Source of the DNA: Chrysomallon squamiferum
Taxonomy: Eukaryota > Animalia > Mollusca
DNA length: 64,000 bases
NCBI GenBank assembly: GCA_012295275.1
Contig: CM022668.1
Location: 14,694,001 to 14,758,000, forward strand
Direction of reading: 5' to 3'
Shown here: positions 15,654 to 28,835 of the stretch, one piece after another
Layout: each line of letters begins with the position of its first letter
Numbering within the stretch: position 1 is the first letter of the stretch
Notes under the pieces: model-generated
The model's input: only the letters and a program-made list of their open reading frames with translations
Told to the model about the DNA's origin: nothing
Database searches by the model: none
Program-made: the position numbers and the translations under genes

Positions 15654-18600
15654 GTAATAACAATAAAAATAATAAAAATAAATGTCCTCCAACTGGGAGG
15701 GCGAAATTAGTCACCTATGATAGTGTATTTCATGAGAGGTAATCTAAGTTGTTATTTTCATTCTCCCTAATCCTCATCAAATTAGTTTTGTGGTTGTTGC
15801 TGCTGCTAGAGTAATTGTTGTAGCTGTTGTTAATGATTGTGATATTTAGCAGGAGTGTTTTTATTATTATTGTTGTTTTTTTGTTTCTGTCTAAACACAT
15901 ATATAGTAATGTATACTTGATTGTTATTACAAAAATGTGTCTCACTGTTTACCTGCATACTCATTTGCCACTAGGACTTGCAAAATAATTAGCAATGATT
16001 TATTGATTTAGGTGTATAATACAGATAACCAAAACTTTATATTTCTGATTCATTTACCTTCATATTTTGTAATATTAATGTGCATGAGTTAGATGTGATA
16101 TACCAGTTATATAACTTTTCAAATGATAAACTGTCAATCTTTATGTCTTTCTTTCCCAGTAAGTTTAATTTTGATCTTGTTTCAGGAGCGGCTTTTGTTT
16201 CACTGATCTTATGTTGGTCTATAAACAGTTTAAGAAACAGATATGTTTTCTGTTAATGAAAAAATGGAGAGAAAAGATCCTTTGCTGAAGACTGAAATAG
16301 AGAAGGCACACAGTAAGAAACTTGAATTTTTCTCCAATCATTGTTAGTTTATACTATATTAATGATTCTGCAAAACCATACAATATCCATCACAATTATA
16401 TTAAAAATATTTCAGCAGTTTCAATAAGGACTAATTTTGCTTTCTTTCATCAATGATCCTGAAACAAAAACTTGTTAATTATACATTAAACATACAAATA
16501 TTCACTGCAGGTACCAGACATTACTTAATGTTAACAATAAACAACAACAACAACAACAACAATAACAATAATAAATGTGCTCCAACTGGAAGGGCGAAAT
16601 TAAATACCTAGGATTCTTTAATTCATGGGAGGTAATCTAAGTTTGTTGTTTTCATTCTCCCTAAACCTCATCAAGTTAGTTTTGTTTCCTTCGCTGGAGT
16701 TTGATTAGTTTTGTTGTTGTTGCTGCAGCTAGAGTAGTTGTTGTTGCTTTTGCTATGAATATGATATTTAGTGGTAGTATTTTTATTACTATTATACTAT
16801 TATTATTGTTGTTTTTGTTTCTGTTTACATAGGTGTATAGTAATGTATTCTTGTTTGTTATTGGAAAACCTTGTCTCACTGTTTATCTGCATACATATTT
16901 GCCTCTAGGACTTACAGAATAATTAGCATTGATTTATTGATTTTGGTGTAAAATACAGATAATCAAAAGTTTATGTTTCTGATTCATTTACCTTCATATT
17001 TTGTAATATTAATGTGCATGAGTTAGATGTGATATACCAGTTATATAACTTTTCAAATGATAAACATTTCTCACATCCAATCTTTATGTGTTTCTCTCTC
17101 ATTCAGTTTAATTTTGATACTTTTTCAGGAGTGGCTTTTGTTTCGCAGATGTTATGTTGGTCTATAAACACTTTAAGAAACAAATATTCTTTCTGTTAAT
17201 GAAAAACTGGAGAGGAAAGATCCTTTGCTAAAGACTGAACTAGAGTAACCACACTGTAAGACAGTTATATTTTTCACTAATCATTGTCAGTTTGATGTTT
17301 TTACTATATGTATGATACTATAAAACTACATATTGTGAATAATAATCAGGTTAATGTCTCTTTCTGTCTCTGTTTATATAGATATATAGATAGATAAGAT
17401 GTATGGATGATTTCCCTCTTATGTCTTTCTTTCTTTCCCTTGTTTCCATCAATTATCTTGTTTTTAATATTAAAAACATTCTGCAGTTTCAATAAGGACT
17501 AATTTTGTTTTCTTTCATAATTGACAGCAAAACAAAAAGTGGTTAATTATACATTAAACAGAAACAAATATACACTGCACATATCAGACATTCCTTAATG
17601 ACAACAACAAATGATAATAATAATAATCATAATCATAATCATAATAATCATATTAGAAATAACAATAATAATATGAATAAAAATAATATGAATAAATGTG
17701 CTCCAAAATTAATGGTCTATGATAATATAATTCATAGGAGGTAATCGAATATGTTATTTCCATTCTCCATAATCCTCATCATGTTAGTTTTGTTTCCTTC
17801 GCTGGAGTTTGATTAGTTTTGTAGTTGTTGCTGTTGTTACAGTTGTGATATTTATTGGGAATGCTATTATTATTATGCTATTATTATTGTTGTTTTTGTT
17901 TCTGTCTACACACACATATGTAGTAATGTATTCTTGTTCCTTTTTACAAAAACTTGTCTCACTATATATCTGGCATACATTTTTTTTCCACTAGGTGTTA
18001 CAAAATAATTAGCATTCATTTGCGCATTTAGGCCTATAATACAGATAAGAAAAAATTTATGTTTTTGATTCATTTACCTTTATATTTTGTAATATTAATG
18101 TGCATGACTTATATATGCCATACCAGATGTATACTGAGTTATATAACTTTTCAAATGATAAACATTTCTCACCTCCACTGAAAATCTTTCTGTCTTTCTG
18201 TCTCATTGAGTTGAATTTTGATCCTTTTTTTCAGGGGTCGCTTTTGTTTCACTGATGTTATGTTGGTCTATAAACACTTTAAGAAACAAACATTCTTTCT
18301 TGTAATGAAGAAATCGAGAGAAAAGATCCTTTGCTGAAGACTGAAATAGAGTAAGCACACTTTAAGACATTGTCAGTTTGATCTTTATATTATTTTTATG
18401 ATTCTGCAAAACCATACATTATACATCATAATTAGATTAAAATCTATTTCTGTCTCTGCATATATAGATATATAGATAGCCAGATAGTTATATGGATGGT
18501 CTCCCTCTTTATGTGTTTCTTTCTTTCCCCTGTTTCCATCAATTTTCTTGTTTTAAATATTAAAAATATTTCAGCAGTTTCAATAAGGACTAATTTTGTT

Positions 18601-18705
18601 TTCTTTCATAAATGATACCAAATAAAAACTGGTTAATTATACATTAAACAGACACAAATATTCACTGCACTTACCAGACATTACTTAATAGGAACAACAA
18701 CAACA

Positions 18706-18763
<58 letters not shown>

Positions 18764-21700
18764 GTAATAACAATAAAAATAATAAAAATAAATGTCCTCC
18801 AACTGGGAGGGCGAAATTAGTCACCTATGATAGTGTATTTTATGAGAGGTAATCTAAGTTGTTATTTTCATTCTCCCTAATCCTCATCAAATTAGTTTTG
18901 TTGTTGTTGCTGCTGCTATAGTAATTGTTGTAGCTGTTGTTAATGATTGTGATATTTAGCAGGAGTGTTTTTATTATTATTGTTGTTTTTTTGTTTCTGT
19001 CTAAACACATATATAGTAATGTATACTTGATTGTTATTACAAAAATGTGTCTCACTGTTTACCTGCATACTCATTTGCCACTAGGACTTGCAAAATAATT
19101 AGCAATGATTTATTGATTTAGGTGTATAATACAGATAACCAAAACTTTATATTTCTGATTCATTTACCTTCATATTTTGTAATATTAATGTGCATGAGTT
19201 AGATGTGATATACCAGTTATATAACTTTTCAAATGATAAACTGTCAATCTTTATGTCTTTCTTTCCCAGTAAGTTTAATTTTGATCTTGTTTCAGGAGCG
19301 GCTTTTGTTTCACTGATCTTATGTTGGTCTATAAACAGTTTAAGAAACAGATATGTTTTCTGTTAATGAAAAAATGGAGAGAAAAGATCCTTTGCTGAAG
19401 ACTGAAATAGAGAAGGCACACAGTAAGAAACTTGAATTTTTCTCCAATCATTGTTAGTTTATACTATATTAATGATTCTGCAAAACCATACAATATCCAT
19501 CACAATTGTATTAAAAATATTTCAGCAGTTTCAATAAGGACTAATTTTGCTTTCTTTCATCAATGATCCTGAAACAAAAACTGGTTAATTATACATTAAA
19601 CATACAAATATTCACTGCAGGTACCAGACATTACTTAATGTTAACAATAAACAACAACAACAAAAACAACAACAACAACAACAACAATAATAATAATAAA
19701 TGTGCCCCAAATGGAAGGGCGAAATTAAATACCTAGGATTCTTTAATTCATAGGAGGTAATCTAAGTTTGTTATTTTCATTCTCCCTAAACCTCATCAAG
19801 TTAGTTTTGTTTCCTTCACTGGAGTTTGATTAGTTTTGTTGTTGTTGCTGCTGCTAGTGTAGTTGTTGCTGCTTTTGCTACGATTATGATATTTAGTGGG
19901 AGTATTTTTATTACTATTATTCTTGTTTTTGTTTCTGTTTACATAGGTGTATAGTAATGTATTCTTGTTTGTTATTGGAAAACCTTGTCTCACTGTTTAT
20001 CTGCATACATATTTGCCTCTAGGACTTACAGAATAATTAGCACTGATTTATTGATTTTGGTGTAAACTACAGATAATCAAAAGTTTATGTTTCTGATTCA
20101 TTTACCATCATATTTTGTAATATTAATGTGCATGAGTTAGATGTGATATACCAGTTATATAACTTTTCAAATGATAAACATTTCTCACATCCAATCTTTA
20201 TGTGTTTCTCTCTCATTCAGTTTAATTTTGATACTTTTTCAGGAGTGGCTTTTGTTTCGCAGATGTTATGTTGCTCTATAAACACTTTAAGAAACAAATA
20301 TTTTTTCTGTTAATGAAAAACTGGAGAGGAAAGATCCTTTGCTGAAGACTGAAATAGAGTAACCACACTGTAAGACAATTATATTTTTCACTAATCATTG
20401 TCAGTTTGATGTTTTTACTATATGTATGATACTATAAAACTACATATTGTGAATAATAATCAGGTTAATGTCTCTTTCTGTCTCTGTTTATATAGATATA
20501 TAGATAGATAAGATGTATGGATGATTTCCCTCTTATGTGTTTCTTTCTTTCCCCTGTTTCCATCAATTATCTTGTTTTAAATATTAAAAATATTTCAGCA
20601 GTTTCAATAAGGACTAATTTTATTTTCTTTCATAAATGATACCAAATAAAAACTGGTTAATTATATATTAAACAGACACAAATATTCACTGCAGTTACCA
20701 GACATCACTTAATGACAACAAATAATAATAATAATAAGAAGAAGAAGAAGAAGAAGAAGAAGAAAAATAATAAAAATAAATGTACTCGAGCTGGGATGGC
20801 GAAATTAATCACCTGTGATATTGTAATTCATGTCTAAACACATATATAGTAATGTATACTTGTTTGTTATTACAAAAATGTGTCTCACTGTTTACCTGCA
20901 TACTCATTTGCCACTAGGACTTGCAAAATAATCAGCAATGATTTATTGATTTAGGTGTATAATACAGATAACCAAAAGTTTATGTTTCTGATTCATTTAC
21001 CTTTATATTTTGTAATATTAATGTGCATGAGTTAGATCTGATATACCAGTTATATAACTTTTCAAATGATAAACATTTCTCACTTCCACTGTCAATATTT
21101 ATGTCTTTATTTCCCAGTCAGTTTAATTTTGATGTTGTTTCAGGAGTGGCTTTTGTTTCACTTTTGTTGGTCTATAAACTGTTGAAGAGACACATATGGT
21201 TTCTGTTAATGAAAAACTGCAGACAAAAGATTCCTTGCTGAAGACAGTAATAGAGTAACCACAGGGTAAGATACTTACATTTTTCACTAATCATTGTCAG
21301 TTTGATGTTTTTACTATATATATATCATTTTAGAAAAGCATACATTATACATAATAATACGATTGAAATATTTTTTCTGTCTCTGTATATATAGATGGCC
21401 AGATAGATATATGGATGATCTCACTCTTTACATGTTACTTTCTTTCCCCTCTTTACATCAGTTATCTTTCTTTAAAGATTAAAAATATTTCAGCACTTTC
21501 AATAAGGACTTATTTTGTTTTCATTCAAAAATGATACCGAGACAAAAAGATGGTTAATTATAGATTAAACAGACCCAAATGTTCCCTGCAGTTATCAGAC
21601 ATTACTTGGTGTTAACAATAAATAAGGATAATAATAATAAAAATAATAATAATAAATGTTCTCCAACTGGGAGGGTGAAATTATATTCCGAGGATTGTTT

Positions 21701-24346
21701 AATTCATGGGAGGTAATCTGAGTTTGTTGTTTTCATTCTCCCTAATCCTCATCAAGTCATTTTTTTTTTCATTGCTGGAGTTTGATTAGTTTTGTTGTTG
21801 TTGCTGTTGTTACGATTGTGATATCTGGTGGGAATATTATTATTATTATGTTATTATTATTGATGTTTTCATTTCTGTCTACACACATATATACAGTAAT
21901 GTATTCTTGTTTCTTATTACAAAAACGTGTCTCACTGTTTATCTGGCATACATGTATTTACCACTAGCACTTACAAAATATTTAGCATTGATTTGAGAAT
22001 GTAGGCCTGTAATACAGAAAACAAGAAATTTATGTTTTTGATTCATTTACCTTTATATTTTGTAATATTAATGTGCATGAGTTATATATGCGATACCAGA
22101 TCTATACTGAGTTACATAACTTTTCAAATGAAAAACCTTTCTCCCCTGCACTGTCAATATTTCTGTCTCATTCAGTTTAATTTTGATCTTTTTTTCAGGA
22201 GTGGCTTTTGTTTCACTGATGTTATGTTGGTCTATAAACACTTTAAGAAAGAAATATTCTCTCTGTTAATGAAAAACTGCAGAGAGAAGATCCTTTCCTG
22301 AAGACTGAAATAGACTAACCACACTGTAAGACACTTGTATTTCTCGTTAATCAATGTCAGTTTGATCTTTTTACAATATATATGATTATATCAAACCATA
22401 CATTATAAATCATAATTAGATTAAAATCTCTTTCTGTCTCTATCTATATCAATAGCTATACAGATTATATGGGTGATCTCACTCTTTAAGTTTTTTTTCT
22501 TTCCCCTGTTTCCATCAATTATCTTATTTTAAATATTTCAGCAGTTTCAATAAGGACTAAATTTTGTTTTCTTTCATAAATGATACCGAAACAAAAAATG
22601 GTTAATTATACATTAAACAGACACAAATATTCACTGCACATATCAGACATTACTTAATGACAACAACAATAAATAATAATAATAAAAAGAATAATAATAA
22701 TAATAATAAGCAGAAGAAGAAGAAGAATTATAATTATAGTAATAGATATCATAGTAATAAGAATAAAAATAATAATAAATAATGTGCTCCAACTGGCAGG
22801 GGGGCAAAATTAATTGCCTATGATAGTGTAATTCATGGGAGATAATCTAAGTTGTTATTTTCATTCTCCCTAAACCTGATCAAGTTAGTTCGCTAGATTT
22901 TGATTAGTTTTTGTTGTTGTTGCTGCTGCTAATGTAATTGTTGTTGCTGTTGTTAGGATTGTGATATTTAGGGGGAGTATTTTTATTATTATAATGCAAT
23001 TGTTATTGGTTTTTGTTTGTGTTTACACACATATATAGTAATGCATTCTTGTTTGTTATTACATATTTGCCACTAGGACTTACATAATAATTAGGACTGA
23101 TTTATTGATTTTGGTTTATAGTACAGACAATCAAAAGTTTAGGTTTCTGATTCATTTACCTTTATATTTTGTAATATTAATGTGCATTAGTTAGATATGC
23201 TATACCAGTTATATAACTTTTCAAATGGTAAACATTTCTCTACTCCACTGTCAATCCTTATATCTTTCTATCTCATTCAGTTTAATTTTGATACTTTTTC
23301 AGGAGTGGCTTTTGTTTCACTGATGTTATGTTGGTCTATAAACACTTTAAGAAACAAATATTCTTTCTGTTAATGAAAAACTGGAGAAGAAAGATCCTTT
23401 GCTGAAGACAGAAATAGACTAACCACACTGTAAGACAGTTATATTTTTCACTAATCATTGTCAGTTTGATGTTTTTACTATATGTATGATACTATAAAAC
23501 TACATATTGTGAATAATAATCAGGTTAATGTCTCTTTCTGTCTCTATTTATATAGATATATAGATAGATAAGATGTATGGATGATTTCCCTCTGATGTGT
23601 TTCTTTCTTTCCCCTGTTTCCATCAATTATCTTGTTTTAAATATTAAAAATATTTCAGCAGTTTCAATAAGGACTAATTTTGTTTTCTTTCATAAATGAT
23701 ACCAAATAAAAACTGGTTAATTATATATTAAACAGACACAAATATTCACTGCAGTTACCAGACATCACTTAATGACAACAAATAATAATAATAATAAGAA
23801 GAAGAAGAAGAAGAAGAAGAAAAATAATAAAAATAAATGTACTCGAGCTGGGATGGCGAAATTAATCACCTGTGATATTGTAATTCATGTCTAAACACAC
23901 ATATAGTAATGTATACTTGTTTGTTATTACAAAAATGTGTCTCACTGTTTACCTGCATACTTATTTGCAACTAGGACTTGAAAAATAATCAGCAATGATT
24001 TATTGATTTAGGTGTATAATACAGATAACCAAAACTTTATATTTCTGATTCGTTTACCTTCATATTTTGTAATATTAATGTGCATGAGTTAGATATGCTA
24101 TACCAGTTATATAACTTTTCAAATGATAAACATTTCTCACATCCAATCTTTATGTGTTTCTCTCTCATTCAGTTTAATTTTGATACTTTTTCAGGAGTGG
24201 CTTTTGTTTCACTGATGTTATGTTGGTCTATAAACACTTTAAGAAACAAATATTCTTTCTGTTAATGAAAAACTGGAGAGGAAAGATCCTTTGCTGAAGA
24301 GTGAAATAGAGTAACCACACTGTAAGACAATTATATTTTTCACTAA
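10450..24346. repeat. Tandem array of 14 monomers of about 0.9-1.1 kb with higher-order repeats
   Basis: Marker ttcAG|G(A/G)G(T/C)...CTTTTG begins at 10763, 11853, 12962, 14026, 15130, 16186, 17129, 18235, 19296, 20243, 21144, 22199, 23303, 24195 (spacings 892-1109 nt). Confidence 0.95.
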
Positions 24347-24432
24347 CACACACACACACAGACACACATACACACACACACACACTCACACACATACACT
24401 CACACTCACAAACACACATACACTCACACTCA

Positions 24433-24463
<31 letters not shown>

Positions 24464-24761
24464 TTAGAGTCTTGGAAGAGTATTTATATAGGAATTCCAT
24501 TTACATTTGATATACAATTTATTTTTTCTTCCTGTTTCGATCTGTCTGGATTTAAGGATACAGAACGAAAATACATACTTCAGTTTCTAAATATTAAAAA
24601 AGATTCAGCATATTTAGTAAGCACTAATTTTATTTTCATTCTTGAATGAAACAGAAACAATAACTGGTTAATTTATATATTAAGAAACAAACATACTGAC
24701 TACTGTTATAATAATAATAATAATAAAAATGATGATAATAATAACTATAATGATAACAGTA

Positions 24762-24803
<42 letters not shown>

Positions 24804-25164
24804 CAATAATAATAATAAATGTTAGCCAAACTTATAAACATAAATTTTTACACGAGGATATACATACAAATCTACGAAATAAATTGGCCCAAATCGGTAT
24901 GTATTCTGTAACCATAACATAGATTAATGTCTGCAAAATTGTTTAAATTATTTTCTTTTAATATCGTTTGTTCTACAGATATATCTTTGATGCAAAAATA
25001 GTAGGAACTGATGTTAAAATATAAAAGATTAAAGAAAAATATATTAATGTTGTTATTTTTTTCTAGACATAACCAATCCTTTATAATATTTATTAGAAAG
25101 TTAATGTTCAGTTGTTAGTTCTTTGCTTTATTTTTTTTATCTCTAACATCTTACTGAGGTTTGT

Positions 25165-26241
25165 TTAACTCGTAAACCAAGTCCACACTTTTGTAAGGAC
25201 GTTTCCAACAGCATTCAGGAAAGTGTCGTTTGTTTCTGCTTCCTTTCTCACTTCATTTCTTGCCTTTCTCTTATATTCTTCTTTGTTTGCTTTGATTCTT
25301 TCATCTATTTGTCTCTGTGTTTCATTTTCTATTTCCATTTTCCTACTTTTTTCTCTCATCTCAAGCAATTCCTGCTCCTTTTCTAATTCTTTCATTTTTT
25401 TCAAATATTCTTCCTCAAACTTCTTTTCTATTCTTTCCATTTCTCGTTCTCTATCTCTCTTCTGCATTACCTGCTGTTGGAGTTGTTTCATCTCTTCTTC
25501 TTTCTCTTTCTTTATTTCCTCATCTCTTCGCCTTTCTCTTTCAATATTTTCTCTTCGCGTTCTTTGGCTTCTTTTTCCATTTTTTCCTTCATTTCTCTCT
25601 CAATTTTTTCTCGCTCCTCTTGCATTTTCTTTTCTTTCTTTTTCAGCTATTTTCAATAAATCCGATTCATAATATTTTCCATTGTTTTTTTCCACATTTT
25701 TCTCTATCAAATTGATCAGGTGAAAAACCATTTTCTCCTTCTTTTTCTCATCTTTTTCCTTATTGTTGAATCCAACATATCTTTGTCCACATTGTTTAAG
25801 TAATAGTTTGAGGTTTCCTGGTGCGTGATCTATAAATTCTTCAAGATTTGATGCTTCATCATCAAGATTGTCTACTCCGGTGAAAAGCAAGAACAGGTTA
25901 TTAAAGAATGCTTTTCCAAACATGTCCTGGAAGTACTGAATTGTTTTTTCATCTTGTTCAGTAAACCTCCCAATACTGATAACCATGATGAAAGCATGTG
26001 GTCCTGGAGCACTCATCACTATACACTGGATGATTTCTTTCGCAATCTCTCCTTGTATCAATGATGACAATGTCACGACCAAATTGAACTATCTCTTCTA
26101 CACTACAGCTTGTAGTAACAGATTTACCGTAAGGTTTAGAAACAAAACGTTTCTCTCCTAGAATGGTATTTGCTGACGCAATTTTTCCTGAGCCAGTAAT
26201 TCCAATCAAAACAAGCCGCATATCATTGCCAGTAATGTAAT
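25165..26241 (-). pseudogene. GIMAP pseudogene (terminal exon with three frameshifting lesions)
   Basis: ORF pieces 25958..26221, 25600..26082 and 25165..25491 are colinear with the 42-43 kb gene. P-loop GKS changed to GKI; 29-nt deletion near 26053 removes part of G3; further frameshifting indels near 25630 and 25500-25555; ends ...VGNVLTKVWTWFTS*. Confidence 0.9.
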
Positions 26242-26599
26242 CTGAAAGAATATCAAATACATTAAATGTTATAATATGAATTCGAAAATATATTTTTTAT
26301 ATCTTTTCGCTGTTGCTGTTATCATTGTTAATAATGTAAATCATTATCATCGTTATGATTTATCTACTTATGAAAATATATTTCAGTCTGTGTATCGGTA
26401 AAAGCATTATATCATTTTTGGTATTTTTGTTGATAAAGTTAAATAATCATTATTATCATCATTATGTTCATTTTCATTAAGTTAACCACTACTACCATAA
26501 TATTACAACTACTATTTTTACAACTCTCCCTACTATTACTGCCTCTCAAAGCACTATTACTGTTACTAGTATAACGGTTGCATCAAACCCATTTCTATT

Positions 26600-27850
26600 C
26601 CAACGTTACTAATCTCTCTCTAAACAACTACTATCACTACTCTCTCTCTACAACTACTGTTACTACTCTCTCTCTTCAACTACTGTTACTACTCTCTCTC
26701 TACAACTACTATCACTACTTTCTCTCTTCAACTACTGTTACTACTCTCTCTCTACAACTACTATCACTACTTTCTCTCTTCAACTACTGTTACTACTCTC
26801 TCTCTTCAACTACTGTTACTACTTTCTCTTTACAACTACTGTTACTACTCTCTCTTTACAACTACTGTTACTACTTTCTCTTTACAACTACTGTTACTAC
26901 TCTCTCTTCAACTACTGTTACTACTTTCTCTCTTCAACTACTGTTACTACTTTCTCTTTACAACTACTGTTACTACTCTCTCTAAACAACTACTGTTACT
27001 ACTTTCTCTCTTCAACTACTGTTACTACTTTCTCTCTTCAACTACTGTTATTACTTTCTCTCAACTACTGTTATTACTCTCTCTAAACAACTACTGTTAC
27101 TACTCTCTCTCTTCAACTACTGTTACTACTTTCTCTCTCTACAACTACTGTTACTAGTCTCTCTCTACAATTACTACTCTCTCTCTACAACTACTATTAC
27201 TACTCTCTCTCTACAATTACTACTCTCTCTCTCTACAACTACTATTACTACTCTCTCTCTACAATTACTACTCTCTCGCCTACAACTACTGTTACTAGTC
27301 TCTCTCTCTACAACTACTTACTACTCTCTACCTACAACTACCGTTTCTACTCTCTCTGTACCACTACTGTTAGTATTCTCTCTCTACAATTACTGTTACT
27401 ATCTGTCTGTCTACAACTTCTGTTACTACTCTGTCTCTACAACTAATCTCTCCATACATCTACTGTTTGTACTCTCTACAACTACTGTTACTACTCTCTC
27501 TCTCTCTACTACTACTACTGTTACTACTCTCTCTCTACTACTACTGTTACTACTCTCTCTATTACTACTGTTACTGCTCTCTCTACAACTACTATTACTA
27601 CTCTCTCTACAACTACTATTACTACTCTCTCTCTACATCTACTGTTACTACTCTCTCCATACATCTACTGTTACTAGTCTCTCTCTCTTTACAACTACTG
27701 TTACTACTCTCTCCATACATCTACTGTTTATATTCTCTCTACAACTACTGTTACTACTCTCTCTCTAAAACTACTGTTACTACTCCTCTCTACAACTACT
27801 GTTACTACTCTCTCTCTACAACTACTGTTACTACTTTCTCTCTCTACTAC
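26600..27850. repeat. Minisatellite, unit about 20-24 bp (CTCTCTACAACTACTGTTACTA)
   Basis: Dozens of degenerate copies with a variable (CT)n tract, in the intron upstream of the GIMAP pseudogene exon. Confidence 0.92.
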
Positions 27851-28112
27851 TTAATTAGTAGTAGTAGTAGTAGTAGTAGTGATAATAAAATAACAATAAT
27901 AAATAAATAAAACATTAATTAAAATAATATTCATCCCAGTCAGTTTCGAAAATAAGAATCAAGAAACCAAACTCCACTAATTCCCTTTTTGTCAACTACA
28001 AGTATTTTTCTTCCTGTTAAATTAGATTTTATTAATTATTTTATTTATAAGCCGCTTGAAGACAAATATAGCACAGTACTCGTTTTTGTTTGAGATAAAA
28101 GTTTGCAAGATA

Positions 28113-28835
28113 CAGTGCAGTATTAACCGAAGGTGGGACCTTCACACTTAGTTTAAAAATAATCACGGAAAAGTACTACTAATTCAGTTATTGACGTATT
28201 TTAGTTGTTATTTTTTCTTCTTTTTTAAACCCAAGGTGGGCCTTTACACTTCGAGCTATTCAGGGGCCCTCGACATCGCGAACTGCAAGCTCTCCTTTCA
28301 TATAGTGTATTGCAATAATATTACAAATGAAGTAATTAATGGAATAACAAAGAAAATAAAATCAAACACATATATGCCTAAATAGAATCTTGTAACCTGA
28401 AGTACTTTCTCCTTTATATTTCAGTAAGCTGATTCATTATAATGTTAAATTTAATTTCCACAGTACGAACAATTCTTCATTCATTAATGCCAAATTACTA
28501 AGCTTCTCATGTTTGAGACTGGATCACAGGTAATTCTTAATCACTTTAAGAGCAGGAAAAACAAAACGTCTCCAGAAGTTTGAATCAAGAAGTGACAAGT
28601 GAATAGGTAAGGAAATGTACGTTTGAAAAAGTTTCTTGCAATTCATTTTTTAACAGTTTTGACCGAGTGATAAATTAAAATTGGGGGTTTACCCCAACCC
28701 ATTCAGCCTGACTGTGCGTCAAAATTTCCCCAAAACTGACCCATTATTTCTTTTCGTGTAGATTAACTCACCCTTAGCGTCTCTCCTATGAGAGGATTCC
28801 TATAAATTAATTTCACATTCTTATGACATTTAACA
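28113..28835 (-). mobile_element. hAT remnant
   Basis: Same block at 28480-28760; TIR-like cagtgcagtattaa at 28113. Confidence 0.6.

Noticed and set aside
11699-24265. Family of 60-90 aa ORFs repeated in the array (MHELD...KYSFC and similar)
   Set aside because: Mostly non-ATG starts, reading frame differs among copies, no recognisable domain; recurrence is explained by the tandem repeat.
10450-24346. CRISPR-like array (conserved blocks alternating with variable segments)
   Set aside because: Units are about 1 kb, the variable parts are microsatellites and paralogous sequence rather than unique spacers, no cas genes are present, and the context is eukaryotic.
25223-25715. + strand Ser/Phe-rich ORFs (also 42313-42935, 54175, 56526)
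   Set aside because: Antisense shadows of purine-rich coiled-coil coding sequence.
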